Shown: piece by piece, positions 16,764 to 31,487 of the stretch
Layout: the number at the start of each line of letters is the position of its first letter
Position numbering within the stretch: position 1 is the stretch's first letter
Assembly: GCA_965637545.1 (NCBI GenBank)
Contig: OZ281501.1
Location: forward strand, 15,376,001-15,440,000
Length of the DNA: 64,000 bases
Direction of reading: 5' to 3'
Origin: Phallusia mammillata
Taxonomy: Eukaryota
The notes under the pieces: model-generated
Told to the model about the DNA's origin: nothing
What the model saw: only the letters and a program-made list of their open reading frames with translations
Databases searched by the model: none
Program-made: the position numbers and the translations under genes

Positions 16764-17561
16764 AAACACCAACGTGGAAAAGAAAGTTGTGCATTTGACA
16801 GCAAAGTCAAAATTTGCAGTAGTAATTGAAGCTATGCTTGTTCAGAAATCGTCAAAACACAGTTAAAAGAGAAATCTACGCTACAACAACTAAAGCATTT
16901 AATACGTTTGATGCCAAGAAGCATGTTTTTGTGTGAAACTCGAATAACAACACTACTGATATGGGGAAAAAGTTTTCAAAATTGGTATGCGTAAAAAATG
17001 CACAAATGTTTAGGCGGTTCATTAAAAAGAATTAACCCAAGGTTGACTGATAGGTCTGTAGATTAAAGTATTACCCGACATTTTGAAATGTTACAAACGT
17101 TTTGCTAACCTTTTACAGCCCACACAAAATCTGTGACACCAACGTTTGGGCATTGCAAAACAATGTTAACGAAGTAAAAAAATTAATGGGGCCTTTTCAG
17201 TGCTTGTTGCGCAACAAAGTTATTTAAATAATTAAAAAAATGTTCCAAGATCTCCCAGGTGACACATCAAGACTTGGCAAACCAGTTTATCACTCATAGT
17301 GATCTTAAGAATAAAGAAATAGCTATCGAGTTTTAAGCCAAAATCGACTACATCTTCAAAACACTTTTTTCAACTGACAAAAGCTGTATCCAATGTTCTT
17401 ATTAACTTGACAAACAACTGGACTGAAAACTGGACAAAAGTTTAAACCTGTATATTTGTAAGAATTATTAAGTACAAGTTATCATCAAGACAAAAAGAAA
17501 AATCTATAACTCATAGCGACTCGAATGCGCACAAATAGTTTGCATTGCACTGTTAAACTAT

Positions 17562-17899
17562 AGTCTTGAAAGTCCGGGCTTTTCGGACTGGGTTCGGCAC
17601 TAGGTTTCCAATCTACGGGTCTGATTCGGGGCCGACTTTACACTCTGTGTCAATGTTTTTTTCAAATAAATTTAAATAGCTAAGTAGTCAGTTGCAAGAC
17701 ATGACCTAATGTCAAACAGCCCTAAAACGTTTTGTTCAAGACTAATTGTCTATTATAGCTTATTGTATTTGTCTTGGTCTTTCCAGAGGCATCAATTCTT
17801 AGGCCTGTCAATCAAACTTTTGGGCCTGAACGAGTGTCTCAAAAATGATTCGGGTGCGGGCCGACTTCGGGTTCCAGTTTTGGCCCCATTTGCAACTGT
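17562..17899 (+). mobile_element. AGAGTTG-ended repeat family (putative MITE), copy A
   Basis: Internal homology with 60583-60880 (inverted) and 59751-59937, e.g. tagctaagtag, acagc.ctaaaacg and taggcct..aatcaaa.ttttgggcct.aacg. Subterminal TCGGG/CCCGA motifs. Confidence 0.65.
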
Positions 17900-20800
17900 G
17901 TAAATAAACTTAACCACCAAATGGACTCTCTATCGCCACCAGACGCAATTTTAACTAAAATCAATAACCACAAGATGTCGCCACCGATTTACATAAAACC
18001 AAATGAAAGTTCCATGATAAGAAATTGGTTGTGAAGTTTGGCAAGCAGTTTACTACGAATTAATTACTTTATGCATTGCTTTTTTATCACACAAAGAAAC
18101 CACAACATCCAGGCACGAGTTTTAAGTATCAAGAAAGAATACAGTAGTTGGCTTTTACCTAATCACGAACATCAGAATAAATTTATTCACGCAAACCTTT
18201 ATATCACGAAAAGCATTACTTGAAATCGCATCGCGTGGCGCAGCAAAGACGAAAAATTTGTTGTGCACCCACAGGACTGCGCATGGAAATCAATCATGCG
18301 TATCTGACGTAGGCTTGATGTATGCCAGAAAAGACTGGCCACAGGAAAGTGTTATGTTGTACACCACCAAGGCTAAAAAAGTACTGCGAAAGTGTGGCGT
18401 CGATTTCAACGTTTTTACCAGGAAAGCCCGTATTAGAGCAGGCGTCAAATTGTATCAAACAAGCGCAAAATGTCACGAAGCGCACGCAAATTATACAGAA
18501 AGACAGGCTTTAATCCTCTTTTGGGTAAGTGTGGTGGATAATCTGATTCTGAAATGCCTAATAATTTAGTAAAAAAGTTTTCTGTTTGTGTCTTTATGTG
18601 CACTAGAAATGTTATTGATTGCTTGAGTAATGCAAAATGTGCTGTGTAGCTATATCTTCCAGATGACAACATCAGCTGGTAATAACGCAAGATTTCTGGA
18701 TAGTTCAGCACCAAGGTTAAAGCTAATTTCGGATTGTTAGAAGGCACCAACTGTTCTAACTGTTAGATAACAACAAAATAGTATACAAAGAAACAAAACA
18801 AATATTATGTTTTGCGATTATCCAGCAAATTAAGATGTCCATAATGCAAAAATGGCGCATAAAGCCATGGACCAAAGAAATGGAATCTTTGCATAGGTTT
18901 GTAAGCGTGATAATGTCACCGAGTTGATACGTTTGTTTTTGTCTGTCACTCCAAAGCAGTTTTTGTTTCCCAAGGAGGATTTTATGACTATCTTGCAAGA
19001 TTTTCAAAGTAACAAAGCTTTTGTTTAGTTTTCCAAAAACAAAGCGGAAAACTAAAAAGATGTAAGCGGTAAAATTAGTAAAAACTTTTGTGTGATATGG
19101 TTGAAGGGCGACGGCTTTTCTGCTTGCACGCAACGGCGGCTAAGGGCTCTGGTTGCGGTCAAACTTTTCAGTCGGTTCACCGGTTTGCCTTGCGATGCCT
19201 AAACAAACAGGAAAACGCACGCAAAAGACCAGGTTGTCTTTGGGAGCTAGTTGCTTGCAAATGGATTTAATTGCAGCCGAAAGTGACTTTACTGACTTTT
19301 GTGGTTTTCCGCTAGCTAGTGTAAAAGAACTGAGAGAGATGGTTGGCTTTTATTGCACAAGAAACTGGGTTTAAGGCACCTGGCCCAATTACAAACATTA
19401 AAACTCATCGTACTTGGGAAAGTTCACGATGTACTATTGTTTTGTTTGGTAATGGCAAATAGTCAAAACTACACACTTTTGATCAAAGTTTACCTGAAGA
19501 AGTTAAATTTGCTTCACACTTACGGTTCATTTGTTTATTAAGAGTGCTAAAAACTTATGCAATCCTTTTAGTAATAAAATAACAGTGATGTGTGCCTAAT
19601 CAAACTTACATCCTAAACGCAATTGTTTTTTTCAATTAACAAGAATCGAAATAAGCAAGAATGCTACAACACCAAGACAGAAATAATAATCTTTGGTGAC
19701 ATGCAAATCAACAAAACGTTCTTTGATAAAAAAAAATGTTGTTTAACTGTACTGATACCATAAGCACTCAAATTCGTTTTCAGTTTTGTTTTTAGGGTTG
19801 TAGTTTTGACTGCAAAGCAAACTTAAGCAACAAATACAAGCCAATATTTGTGAGTAAAGCATCACTGTGTTTCGACAATAGCCGTTTCATTGCAGGTAAA
19901 ATTTAAGCAACAGAAGAGAACTTTGTATCGCACAACGGAAGGTAATGACACCGTGTAAAGATAAAAGCAATTAATCGGTGATAAAAAAGCAATTAGGCAA
20001 AACTTGCTTCTGACAAAGCTTAGAACTCTACTGGAAATGGTGAAAAAACCTAATTGGTCGATGTCAAGAGGGCGTAAAATATTTTCGGTAACACTACGGA
20101 GAAAATAAATCAGTGTGACGGACAGTGTCGCGACAGTAAAAATGTAAATGCTGGTAAGTTTAGAAGTTACATCCGCTTTAGTAACTTTCGGGACTTTTTC
20201 TTCTGTAGAGAACGTAGAGTGGATTCGTTTTCTCAACATACAGATTTAAAGATTTGTCAAGAAATGCATGTTTTGACAATTTGTGAAATTTGTTAAAAAA
20301 GCAGAAAAAGTAGCTTTAGGCACAAAAGATTGATTTTTACTGATACAAGCTATTATTTATAATATTTCTGCGGCCGAAGTAAGAAGAGGTAACTAAAAGT
20401 AGAAAAAGAGGGGTTTTTTGCTGATATAAATCATTATTTCAGGTATATTTTATCACATTATCACGCAATGGCGAAGTATGTAAAACCTTTTTTTCATAAA
20501 TAAAACCATGACTCGTCTAATTTATGTAATGAGTGATTCTGGTTTTGTTCGGCCATATTTTGAAACTGGCGGAAAAAAATCTACAAAACCCTCGTTTTAA
20601 AAATGGCGCAGTTTCCCTAAGAAACATCAATCAACATAGACGGGGTTCCCAATTCCCGCTCTCAACCGATGCGCCGGCACCAGCTCATCTATTGTGGCGT
20701 GTGCGATGAACTATGTCGGGTTTCATACAGCTTCGATTGACCGCAACAAAACTTTGCTCTAATGTGAACCGGTTTTGCGGCGTCGCTTGTGTAAACTCAT

Positions 20801-23121
20801 CCAGTATTCAAGGACCAGCCGCTCCGGGCTAGTTCTTTGGGAGTTGGGGCAATTTGTCGATGCCCCTCTTCTCTCTCGCGCTCTATACAGACGAATTCGT
20901 CATTTTTGTGTCGCGAATTTATTCAACATCACTCGACCGTCGATATACGTTGCTACGGACAACCGCGGTGTTTGCTAACGCTATTGTGGCTTTTATGGGA
21001 AACTAATACGGGTTTTCCTATGGAGTTTATCAACTCAATAGGAATGTAGAAGCCCAGTGTTGTAATACAGGGTCATGTTATTTGAGAGCGAGAAGCAGGT
21101 TTGAAAGAAAATCGCAACACAAATATTCAAAATTTAACCTGCGGCATTATGAGTAAATGTGCATAGCGAATATTCATTTTGTTTTTACTAGCAACAAATT
21201 AGTCTCCAGCAATTACATAAAATATTCGCTAACTTCAAATATAACTAACGCGGTCTCAAATTTGTACCAAAAGCTCTGTAATCCAACCTTGGACGTCTGG
21301 TTTTATATCTGGTTGTTAGTTGAGGCGTCAACATCTAAAACTTTCGCTAAAATGTTTGGAGTGTCGATTAAGACTCAGATAAGAGTGTAATAGAAACGCC
21401 TGACTTTCTCAGTATCCATTGATTCAACTTGCGATAACGCAAATAACCAAACTCGAATATGTATCAGAGCGCCAAGGTTGTGTAGTTTGCGAATTCGAAA
21501 ACGTTTTTGTTGGTGAGATAAAAGCTTTGGTCAAATCGGGCTTAAAATTCGTTGTAAACGGAAAAGATTTAATCGCGAAGCCATGCAGTTGTTACGTAGT
21601 CACAAAGAACGTATTTTGGTCCCTTTTCAAAGCAACTGGGCCACAAAAGCATATAGAAGCATTGGCTAGCGCGCTTTTGTTCGATGGTGGGTTGGTTATT
21701 TATGATCAACTTGGGAGAAAACTCTTACCAGCGTGATAGTTTAACTCAAACGAAACTTTAAGCACAAAAGAACCGGGGTTCTTAAGCCCGCCCACGCAAC
21801 ATACCCTTGCAGTCAACTGTTACATAGGAGGCAGTTTAACACGCACCTCAATGAATGTTTGATTCTATTTTTCTGTTTCGGGGACGATTGCGTTAATGAA
21901 TGGCCGATTTATAAACAGCAAATCTTTTTTTGCAAACTTCTCATATTAATATCAACATATGAGCGTGACATTTGTTACATGTTTTCACAATTAACTTTGT
22001 TACGTCTACACTGGTTTCAAATTAAATAGATAATCGTCATACTTGGCCTGTTATGCAAATAGTTTTATGAGGTAAAGGTGCTATATTATAAAAACAAAAA
22101 ATACCTGACCGAACACAACGTAACCTTGGTGTAACTTACAAATCATTCAGATATATTTTTAGCAATATTGTACATTATCTAGGCTCAAGGCTCAACCCAT
22201 AAAAGAATCATACACAGATAAAGATATATGTTTCTGAAAAATCTCTGCATTCAAAAAGTATGAATCAACAGTTTTACCAAAGTTTGTTGGCCAGATAGTA
22301 GATTTTAGGCTATTATGACGTATTTTTGGAAATAATAATTTCGCATCAAAAATAAAGAAAAAAGTTAAAGTTGATTTTAGATGCTGGTTTCATAGGGTCG
22401 GGAAAAACATTCGCGTTTATAACAGTGTTTTTCAACCCAAAGTCCGCGAGCTCATATGAGTCTGTGAAAGGTTCTCATGAGTGCGTGTCCACCTCACGAC
22501 AGACAAAAATGTTTACTTTTCACCGAGATCACAAACCGGTAAGCTGATCCAAAATAGTCCAATACCTAAAACTGTTTAGGAACACTAGTTCAAGGACAAC
22601 ATTAAATTCGAGAGGCTCCTGTCTGTATTCATAAGTTCACGTTTAACATCTCAAAAGGTATGACATAATCCACACAGCTAGCGTTCCTTCCATTTAGCAG
22701 CACTTTATGAAAACCGCAGAGCCTGCTTCAACCGTAGACGCCTGACACAAGCCGAGTTTTCATAAACATATCTTCAAGTATAGATGCCATTGTCCGCTAC
22801 GCCAAGCGCCTCACACATTGCCAAATTGAAGGCAGTCAAGTTCGCCCACCGATTTGTACTCGTCATAAGACATAGACTTGGTACTTGAGAATTTACGTGC
22901 CGTATATTCAGGTGTGTGGTCGCATATTATTCCCACGCGGGCAAACGAGCCTATAAAAGGCCCTGGACTGATTAATTGCCAATATTCTATTCAATATAGC
23001 TGTCGTTTTTTCGGCATTGGGTTTGGCTATGTGACTATTTTGTATATTTCCTGAGCATAAAGGTTGACGGTGCATTTATTTTCTGTAATCCAAGATTCTC
23101 TAGAAAGATAAATTTCTTGTG

Positions 23122-23178
23122 AAGGTGTTATTTGCAAGTGAAAGAAATTCATTAAGGTGTTATTTGCAAGTGAAAGAA
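23122..23178. repeat. Local tandem duplication (25-bp unit x2, period 32)
   Basis: aaggtgttatttgcaagtgaaagaa at 23122 and 23154. Confidence 0.9.
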
Positions 23179-24961
23179 TTAAGTTTTAAGCCGTTGTCAA
23201 TAAAGTACTAGTGCACATAAACAAATGAAGTACATTTTCATTTAGAGACAAATGATAGTTAAGTCCATAGTTGCACTTTTGGGTGCTAAAGGGCAATTTT
23301 TTTGTGGAGGAATAGTGTTTAATACAGCTTTTGATCGCGATGTTTCCATTGAGCAGAAACAGATTGCAGGACTTATTACCACATTTTGCCTGTCTTTTAT
23401 TGTATACATACTCTGGGCATCATCAAACAAGTATTTGAATAACGTGCTTACAAGGCCGAAAAGAGTGTGACATTTTGTTTTTGAAACACCATTAAACTGT
23501 TTAGCAATCAAAACAGGCTTTCGATTTTGAACCGCGGTTTAACATACCTTTGAATAGTCAATAAACTGAAAATAATCATAAAATCAAGCAATGTCTCGTT
23601 TCGGTTTTAAGGTCGTCTACCTCATTCAACGAAAACATACCATATGTGCCTTGTGTATGTTATGTGTCAGTGCCCGGGTGATGACTCTATCGCCTGTTTG
23701 CCTTGCTAGAACCGTCGTTACATACACAGAAATGTTTTCAGAATAGAGAAAGGCATTTTCTCACCACGCTAACAAAGTATGACATTCGAAATCAGGTAAC
23801 AACACACAGATTGCGGTTGTTTGTTCCTGCTGTGGTGTAAATACAACCGAGTGGTAGCACGTGTCGAAGTGAGATGTTATGATTAATTAAGCAAATGAAT
23901 TTTGTTTGTTTAGTGCATGGTGTAGTAGGCAACGTGTGGTATGTCATGTAGTCCAATGGTGTTTTGATATTATAAGGAGCCGTAAAAGATAATTCACACG
24001 TTAGAAATGGAAGCGATTTGGCGACAGGCAAGTTGTTTTTGCAGTGAAGATGCAGTTTGTCTTGATGATCAGTGCATTAGGATGCAATATGCCACCAGTA
24101 TTGCACAATATGTTCAACATGCTTTATTCTCTATTAAACTGCAACCATTAGAGAATAAATAGCAAAAGGCAGGCATAAAAACTCTTAAAACGAGGAATTC
24201 TGCGCTAAAAACGTTGACCTTTAAGAAAACAGTTTTCTCAATATTTGTATTATGTGGAAAACTACGAACAGTTTAGTTTTGTTGCTCGCAATAATTAATG
24301 GCGATGTAAAATATATTAAAACTAATATTAAAACTAAAAACTAATTGCACACTTATGTCATGTGAATATGTCATTAGTATGTTGTATCCCCCAGGAAGCG
24401 GCACAGTATTGTTAAGGTGTTACACTATTGAGGATAGAGCCTCTGCTTGCTTCAAATGATCAGCCAAGCTTGGCATTTTTGAGGTGTGTCCATGTATTAT
24501 ACCCGTCATAAGGCCACTAAATTATTAACGAGATTGCGAGAGGCGTAGCCATGGTGACCTAAGAGTTAAGAATCTGCTGGAGCTTGGCGAGAATGGGGTT
24601 TCGCGTGAGCCTGTTATTTTTTTAGCCAGTTTAGCGGCAACAGTCAAAAGCCCGCGGAACCTTTGACAAATGAGGCGAAAAGATATGAAATCCTTACGCA
24701 TTCACTTGACTGAAAATTACTGGGGCTGAAACGCTGGCTAATTGAATAGCTCGGCCCTTACGACCCATCGAATCGAACTAATAACTAATATATTTTTTGG
24801 CTTTTTGGATCAAGAAATAATTGTAAAATGTCAAGTTATAATCGAAAAGAGAGACTGACAAACAACGTTAAGAAAAAAAAGTAGGTTTGTAAAACAATAT
24901 ATGCTTTCAACACGCACGGTAGAACATTCAAATACATGCGTCACCAATTCACGTCCTAGGT

Positions 24962-25520
24962 CAGGGGCGGGCAACATACGGCCCGCGGGCCGGATCCGGC
25001 CCGCGACGGGATTTTGAGCGGCCCGCAGACAGTTTCAGGTCTTACATGATAATGTGGCCCGCGGCCACATTCCGCCGCAATCCCCCACTACTTGCTTACT
25101 GCGTCAAATTATAGTTGCAACGGACAGTAACGCTCCCCAATAGCAAAAACTTTCCCGCCATTGTTACCATTGCACCATACGTCCATTGTTACGACATAAC
25201 TGCCAACCATGTGTGTGGCCTGCTTTCACGGTTTCCTTTGTTTCCACAAGTGTATAGCCTAGTTAGTGTTTCAGCAGTATCTAAGTCTGTGGTGTATGCA
25301 TTAAATTTGCTGTGGTGAATAATTTTATGTTATATCAGTTAGATTGTTTGGACTGTATTGTATTTGTGATGTTCTTGAGTGTATTTGGTTTAGGTGGTCA
25401 AAAATCCGTCTTAAATCACTGGATAAATACGCGATTAATGTATCGATTCAGGAATCCGGCCCGCCAAGTACTTGATTTTCCCATGTCAGGCCCGCCGACT
25501 GGAGAAGTTGCCCGCCCCTG
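24962..25520. mobile_element. hAT-type MITE, 559 bp
   Basis: TIRs CAGGGGCGGGCAAC / GTTGCCCGCCCCTG, 8-bp TSD tcctaggt/ttctaggt, subterminal GGCCCGC repeats. Confidence 0.9.
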
Positions 25521-27294
25521 TTCTAGGTGATTTCAATTTCAAAAACAAATTTAACACGAATCAGCCAACGGGCACCTAGAAGCTATAGACATCATATTCT
25601 ATTTGAGAATAACAAGTATTTGTGTACAATACGAGTTTACAAAATAAGTTTCACAACTTATTACGCCAAAACGGTCACAAACGCACCTCAATGGCGCTTT
25701 CCCATGGTTTTGCGGTGCAGCGGGCAGTGAGAGTTGTTTACACAAAAGATTTGACCAGTATGCGGCGAAAAAGCGTTTCGTCTCCGGCGTCAGAGCTTTG
25801 CTGATTTCAAAGTACTCTAAGCATTACGTCGTATAAGTGCGTATATACGTATTGACATCAGTGTTATTTTGAGTCGAATAATTGATACATAGCAAATCTG
25901 CTTGGTATTTTGAAACATTATACATTGATCTGTTCATATTTCTAATGAGGAATATAATGGCCCAAAATTGCGTATAAAGCGACATGCTTTGTTGTTCAAA
26001 CGTTTCAACAGATGTTTTGTATTAGAAGCATAAATTTGCCTTTCTAGGTAGGAAAAATGTTCTAAAAACCCAAAGGTTTGAACCTACTAAAATAATAAAC
26101 ACATACTTTAAACTTTAGGTGGAAATCTATTAAGAATAGTTTTTTACTTCAGGTAATGACAGTTTGATTTAAGTTTCATAAACCAAGTTTGATCTAGATT
26201 GAAATTTAGAATCTCAATTTGTTCACTTCAAAACACTTGTGTGTCATTCCATATAAATTGCACAATTCGCCGAATAACCTCAGGCGATACCGATTTCCAT
26301 GTGTCATTCAAAACGAGATTTTATACCAAATCGGAACCGTTTGGACTTTCTAAAGAAGGTATCTGTTTATCGTATTTGTATACCTGCGCATGGGATATTC
26401 CGTAAAACGATAAATCATTCCTGATTTAGGTATTTCAAAATTTTCTTTTTCTTAAAAGCATGAACCAAAAAAGCGATCTTTCGTCATTATAACCATTAAA
26501 ATTATTGTTCGTGCAAAAGCACATTCGTATAAGGAAACTATGTTACGCGGAAGCACCTTGAAATGATTTAAGCAGATTTGTAATCAAATTATTTAACAGA
26601 TAACAGACACAAAGGCATCCATTAAACATTCTGTAGCATTGGGTAACGCCGCAAATACTCTTTCGTTCAATAGTTACCTGAAAACATTCACAATGTATGT
26701 TGTAATTTGCGAAACAAACTACGCAACGGCAAAGGAAATATTATAGTCGGTCTGGGGCTTTGCGTTGCTACAACAACCAACCGTCGCATCAAACCCGTCG
26801 AATAGAACCTTACATCGTTTGCGATTTTCATTTCCACTGTAATCCATAGCGCAAAGATCAGGCGAATTAATATTAATAAGCTCGGCCGGTTGAAACCGGA
26901 TCATTTTCTATCGCACGACAGCGAGCGAGTTTATTAACGCCTATACGCTTCATTTTCGGACTAGTAGGTCGCTGTATACGTATGCTCAGGTGAATATCAG
27001 CTAACACAGTAGGTAAGGATGAAAATATGCAAAAAGTGATTACATGCAAGTTTGAGTTTTGAAACACGGTTATTTGGAAGGAATTTGTTGTGTTGCAGTT
27101 TGTCATTTATATATTACATATTTTTTCAGGTGATGTAAGCAGTAACGTGTTTATTTAGAAAATAATGATGTTAGGTGAAAGGTATTGGATGTAGAATGCA
27201 ATGTGAAGATTTTTTTTTTTCACTTTTCTTTTAAACATAACTTAATACCCGTTGGGGAGGGGGGCGTTTGAAAAAGTATAAAAACAAGTAGACT

Positions 27295-27345
27295 ATAAAT
27301 TACTGATGATGGCATGGACATTTGTAGAAACGTTTGAACAATAAA
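27295..27345 (+). repeat. Degenerate hammerhead-like remnant
   Basis: CTGATGA-T-GGCA...TGTA-GAAA-CGTT...AATAAA, with the basal pair of stem II broken. Confidence 0.35.
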
Positions 27346-30300
27346 GCATGTCGCTTTTTACGTCTATTTAGGCCGTTATATTCACCATTAAACTTATGAA
27401 CAGGCCCATATATATAGTAGCCAAATAGTTAATTTATATGTGTTTTATAGCCTACAGAATGACAGTATTACATTTATGTAAAAGACAATGCAGCCAAGAG
27501 GTTTTCAGTTCCCACATCAGTTCAGGCGAGCTATGTGTTTAGCCATTCCAGAAGCAATGTAATCTATTCCTTCAATCGTGGCTTGTTTTACGGACGCCAC
27601 CTGTCGAAGTCTTATGTAAATCTCAGGGCACGGCCAGGTATTGTGCAAGTTTGTTTATCTTGTCGACGAGTGGCTGACGGTAGACGACAACTAACGGTCT
27701 CGCACAATGCTCTCGCGGCCAAGCGACTATACAGCGAGGTGCTACACCAATAAACAAGCCGTGGCAAAGTAGCCGAACGGGCCCTGTTTATCGCGTACCT
27801 AAATCCACACAAAAACAACTTTAGGTCGGACTTTTGTCCAGGCGCAACTTGAATAAATGTTTGCCGTGCTTGCGTACGTCAGAAATCGCGACGTCCAAGA
27901 CAGAAACGCCAGGATATAAGCACTACGTTGTCACCACTTAAAGTAGAGGTCAACTGTGGGTCCTTGTTGAATAAGATACGTAAATATCCGCTCTTTTGAT
28001 TTACAAAGGATACTTCTTGTACGAAATACAGCTTATATAAACGATACCATTGCCAAGTAAAGCTATATTTTTGTTTCATAAGCAAGGATAGAGACTAATA
28101 CGATAATAGGAAAGGCCACCCGTTTTGGGGGATAGAAAAAGATAAGGTAAAGAGAAAGGTAAACAGATTGCTTAGCTGGAAATGTTGTTTATACCTACAG
28201 AAAACAGTTAAGCACAGTGCTCTGTTGTTTGACAATCAGCAGTTCGATACTTTAACAATTGCTGTTTACTAGTTCCAACATTCCATTCGTGTGTGTCGCT
28301 GACGTTATTGCTCGATTCCGATTTCTTTCTTTCACAACAGTTTGGGCGTGAAATCGTTGACTAAACAATCATGTGGAAACCTTAATGGCCAGATGACAGG
28401 CCGCACAAGTTGGTAAAGTCGTCAGGTTTGGCCACGCGTTGATGGTGGTATCACATGAACAGGCAATTGACACAACAATTAGGCAATGAGGGGAGACAAA
28501 GCCTCCGCTATTGTCGCAAAGGTGCGAATTCGCGCTTAAATGTAACATAATACTGGTTCTTTCTCGTCAGAGAACAAAACCTTGCTCAGGTGTGCGAGAC
28601 ACGGAAAGGAATATGTTGCCACGCGTCCTAGACCAAAAGTATCATTCGGGATGCTTGAAACAAAAACGAGCGCTGAATTCTTGCTAAGTGAGCGAGCAAT
28701 TTAAATTTCGTTCCGCTGACTAACTGTAATAAAAACCCGGTGTACGGCGACGGTAGAAAGAGCCATTCGGGTAAACAAATGTTGGCCCTAGATTTAGGCA
28801 AGCTGCTTAGTTTAGCCTTGAGTGTGTCAGACGTATTTGCCTCTAAGGCACACAGAACAAGATTGGCCACATGAGATACTGAAAGTGGTAAAGATGAACT
28901 TTTAGCCTTGAGGTTGTGGAAGGAATTTAACTCGTGAATTTGGGTATTGTTGCTTGGTTACCTGAAGTTATGTTTGCCAACTTAAAGCTGGTGAATGCGT
29001 TCTCTTTATAGCTGTAATCGGTTACCTATTTACTAAAATCAGCTAATAGATACTGCTGCTGTTGTGATTAATATGTTCATAGGTGAACGTTTGTATGAAA
29101 TTGCCGATTGTTTAATTGATTTTAAACACGAAATATTTGAAACCGGTACCATGGTGGGTGTAGTCAAAAGTCTCGAATACCGTCACAACCTTATATAGTT
29201 TTCCATTCGAGGTTTTTCTTGGTAACAGTGGTGGGCTATTTGACTAGCAATAGTTTTTGCGGTAAGAAAAGCAGCTTTACCATGCTTGTTTATTGTGTAC
29301 TGGTTGTCGGGTACCTGGAAATGTATGCGCAGATGAGTGCATTGTCATTGAGGCATTATCGTTTCCTCGTATCTCTTCTCGCTTGACTGGTGAGGCGTTA
29401 TGTTGCGTTCGGCTGTAGCGGCGTTATGCAATAAATCAAGACTTTTCCTTAGTTAAAACAATGGCACGACTGAAATAGTTTTTGTGCGGTGCAAAGACAC
29501 GTTTGCCCTTTTCTTGGAGTTAAACCAGAGTCAGTATTTTGCTTTGGTAAAGTTTGACACGGACTTGACAAAGTGCTACACCAAAACAAAACTGTGTGTT
29601 GTTTTAAAGCCTTTGCTTTGCTGCATGGAATTTAGCTTAATTTAAACATCTAAACAGAAAGGACAGCTAAATGTTGTATTGTTTGATGCAGGTACAAGCA
29701 GAAAAGGTGTGTTTGTGTTAAATACGCGCAGCATCAACAATTAGTACATCCACAAATGCGCACAAAGCACTAAAGACCTGATTAACATGTACAGATTAAG
29801 CAAAACGAGCTACTGAAAACTCCGCTCAAGCCTGAATGTAGAGGTATTTATAACTTCGATAAGAATGAACTATTAGGCATGTGTGACCTAAATATGGTCG
29901 AACGTGTGCACGAAGCCGCTCCTAACTAATTCTTTACGACGCTTTGTTGCCTTTGATATGTGACTCCAGATAGAGCTTTGAAAAGATTAATTCGCTTGCA
30001 GTAATTCGCATTTAAAATACTTATGCAGCTGTATAAAGACATGAATAAGATTTTTGGGTACATTATACAAGTACAACTTGGAAGCCGTTTACGAATTCTG
30101 GATTTTTGTATCAATGGTATTTGTATGCAAGGTTTTGGTCCATGCTACAACTGGAAAAATACTGCATTTCTGTGCTTATTTTGCCTCGTAATAATAACGG
30201 ATAAAGGGCTTTGTGTTGCGGCCAGGCAAAAGGTGTTTGTCAAACACAAAGATGTGGTTGAAAAGGTGTTTCTCCTTAGTAAAGAGCCAACACTTTTGGG

Positions 30301-31487
30301 ACGTGGAACAAGAAAAAAATTAGAACGACAACTTTGTTTCGTAATTAGACGATGTAATTCGATGTAAAGTTTGTGCAGCATGGGAGGTTTAATCAAAATT
30401 TTGGATTTTATTTGAAGATACAACGAAATATAATTGTGACAAATTAATCAGTTGACGCTTATGGACAGCCAAAACAATTTGAACTCAAATTCAGGTCGCT
30501 CGTTCTCGGTCAATGACGCAAACACGGTTTGACGACACATCCAATTGTGTGTTCAGTGATTATCGGAATCTGCCACTATGACCTTGGTTGTCTACATCAG
30601 TGTGTATAAAGGTCGTAAAGAAATATGGGTTACCGGCTTTCCATTTTTTCGTTTATTCAAAGGTAAACGACGGCTTTTGTTGGCTCGTAAAGATTTAACC
30701 GTGTGGACCACCGCTATCGTAAAACAACCGCAATCGCAAGCATTTAACGTTTTATGCTACAGTAAATTGAGTTTTACAACGTTAGTATTGCGAAGGTATG
30801 TGGGCTTAACACAGGTGTTTTTTCGGTTTCCTTGTAACGATAAGGATTCTACTTACGCATAAAGATCGATTTTAATCACAATTTTCTGGAAAAGGTGCGT
30901 GTGACATTACAAAGGATTTTAGCTGCGTCATTTGTCCATGTAAATATTCATGAAGAATTGGGGAATGCCTAGTTATAATCCACACTCAGATATAGTGTAC
31001 AAAATGCTGATATTGGTGTGTTGTGATAAAATAAATTGACGAATATGCTATATTTATTACAGCAATGTCCATAAGCGCAATAAAAGGTTACTTTAATGGT
31101 AAAAATAACGGCCCAAATAGAGGTAAAAAGCGAGATGCTTTATTTTTCAAACCTTTCGATAAATGCTCATGCCATCATCAGAGATATGAAGGGCCACATA
31201 TGAAGACTTTTGACATAAAATAAAAAACAAAACTGATGCTTTTTTCGCAACCCTTGCATAAATATTACACTTCGTCAGTTGTCTCAGCGTTAACACAGTA
31301 TAAGGTTTATTTTACAACAAAGAAATTTACATTACCGGTGACAATAATAAGCCTCAAATTTTAAATCTTTTTTCTCAGGCTAGTTAAAATATAGGATTTA
31401 TACTAGAACGTTTCAAAGCATGAGCTTCGAAAGTCGGCTTCTGCCCCACTGGTATATCAGCACTCTGTGACACACCTGTGGGACGTA

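Noticed and set aside
22423-22520. hAT MITE left end (cagtgtttttcaacc); similar solo ends near 43234, 55717, 59127, 61895 and 63040
   Set aside because: No matching opposite TIR or TSD was found, so no element boundaries can be supported.
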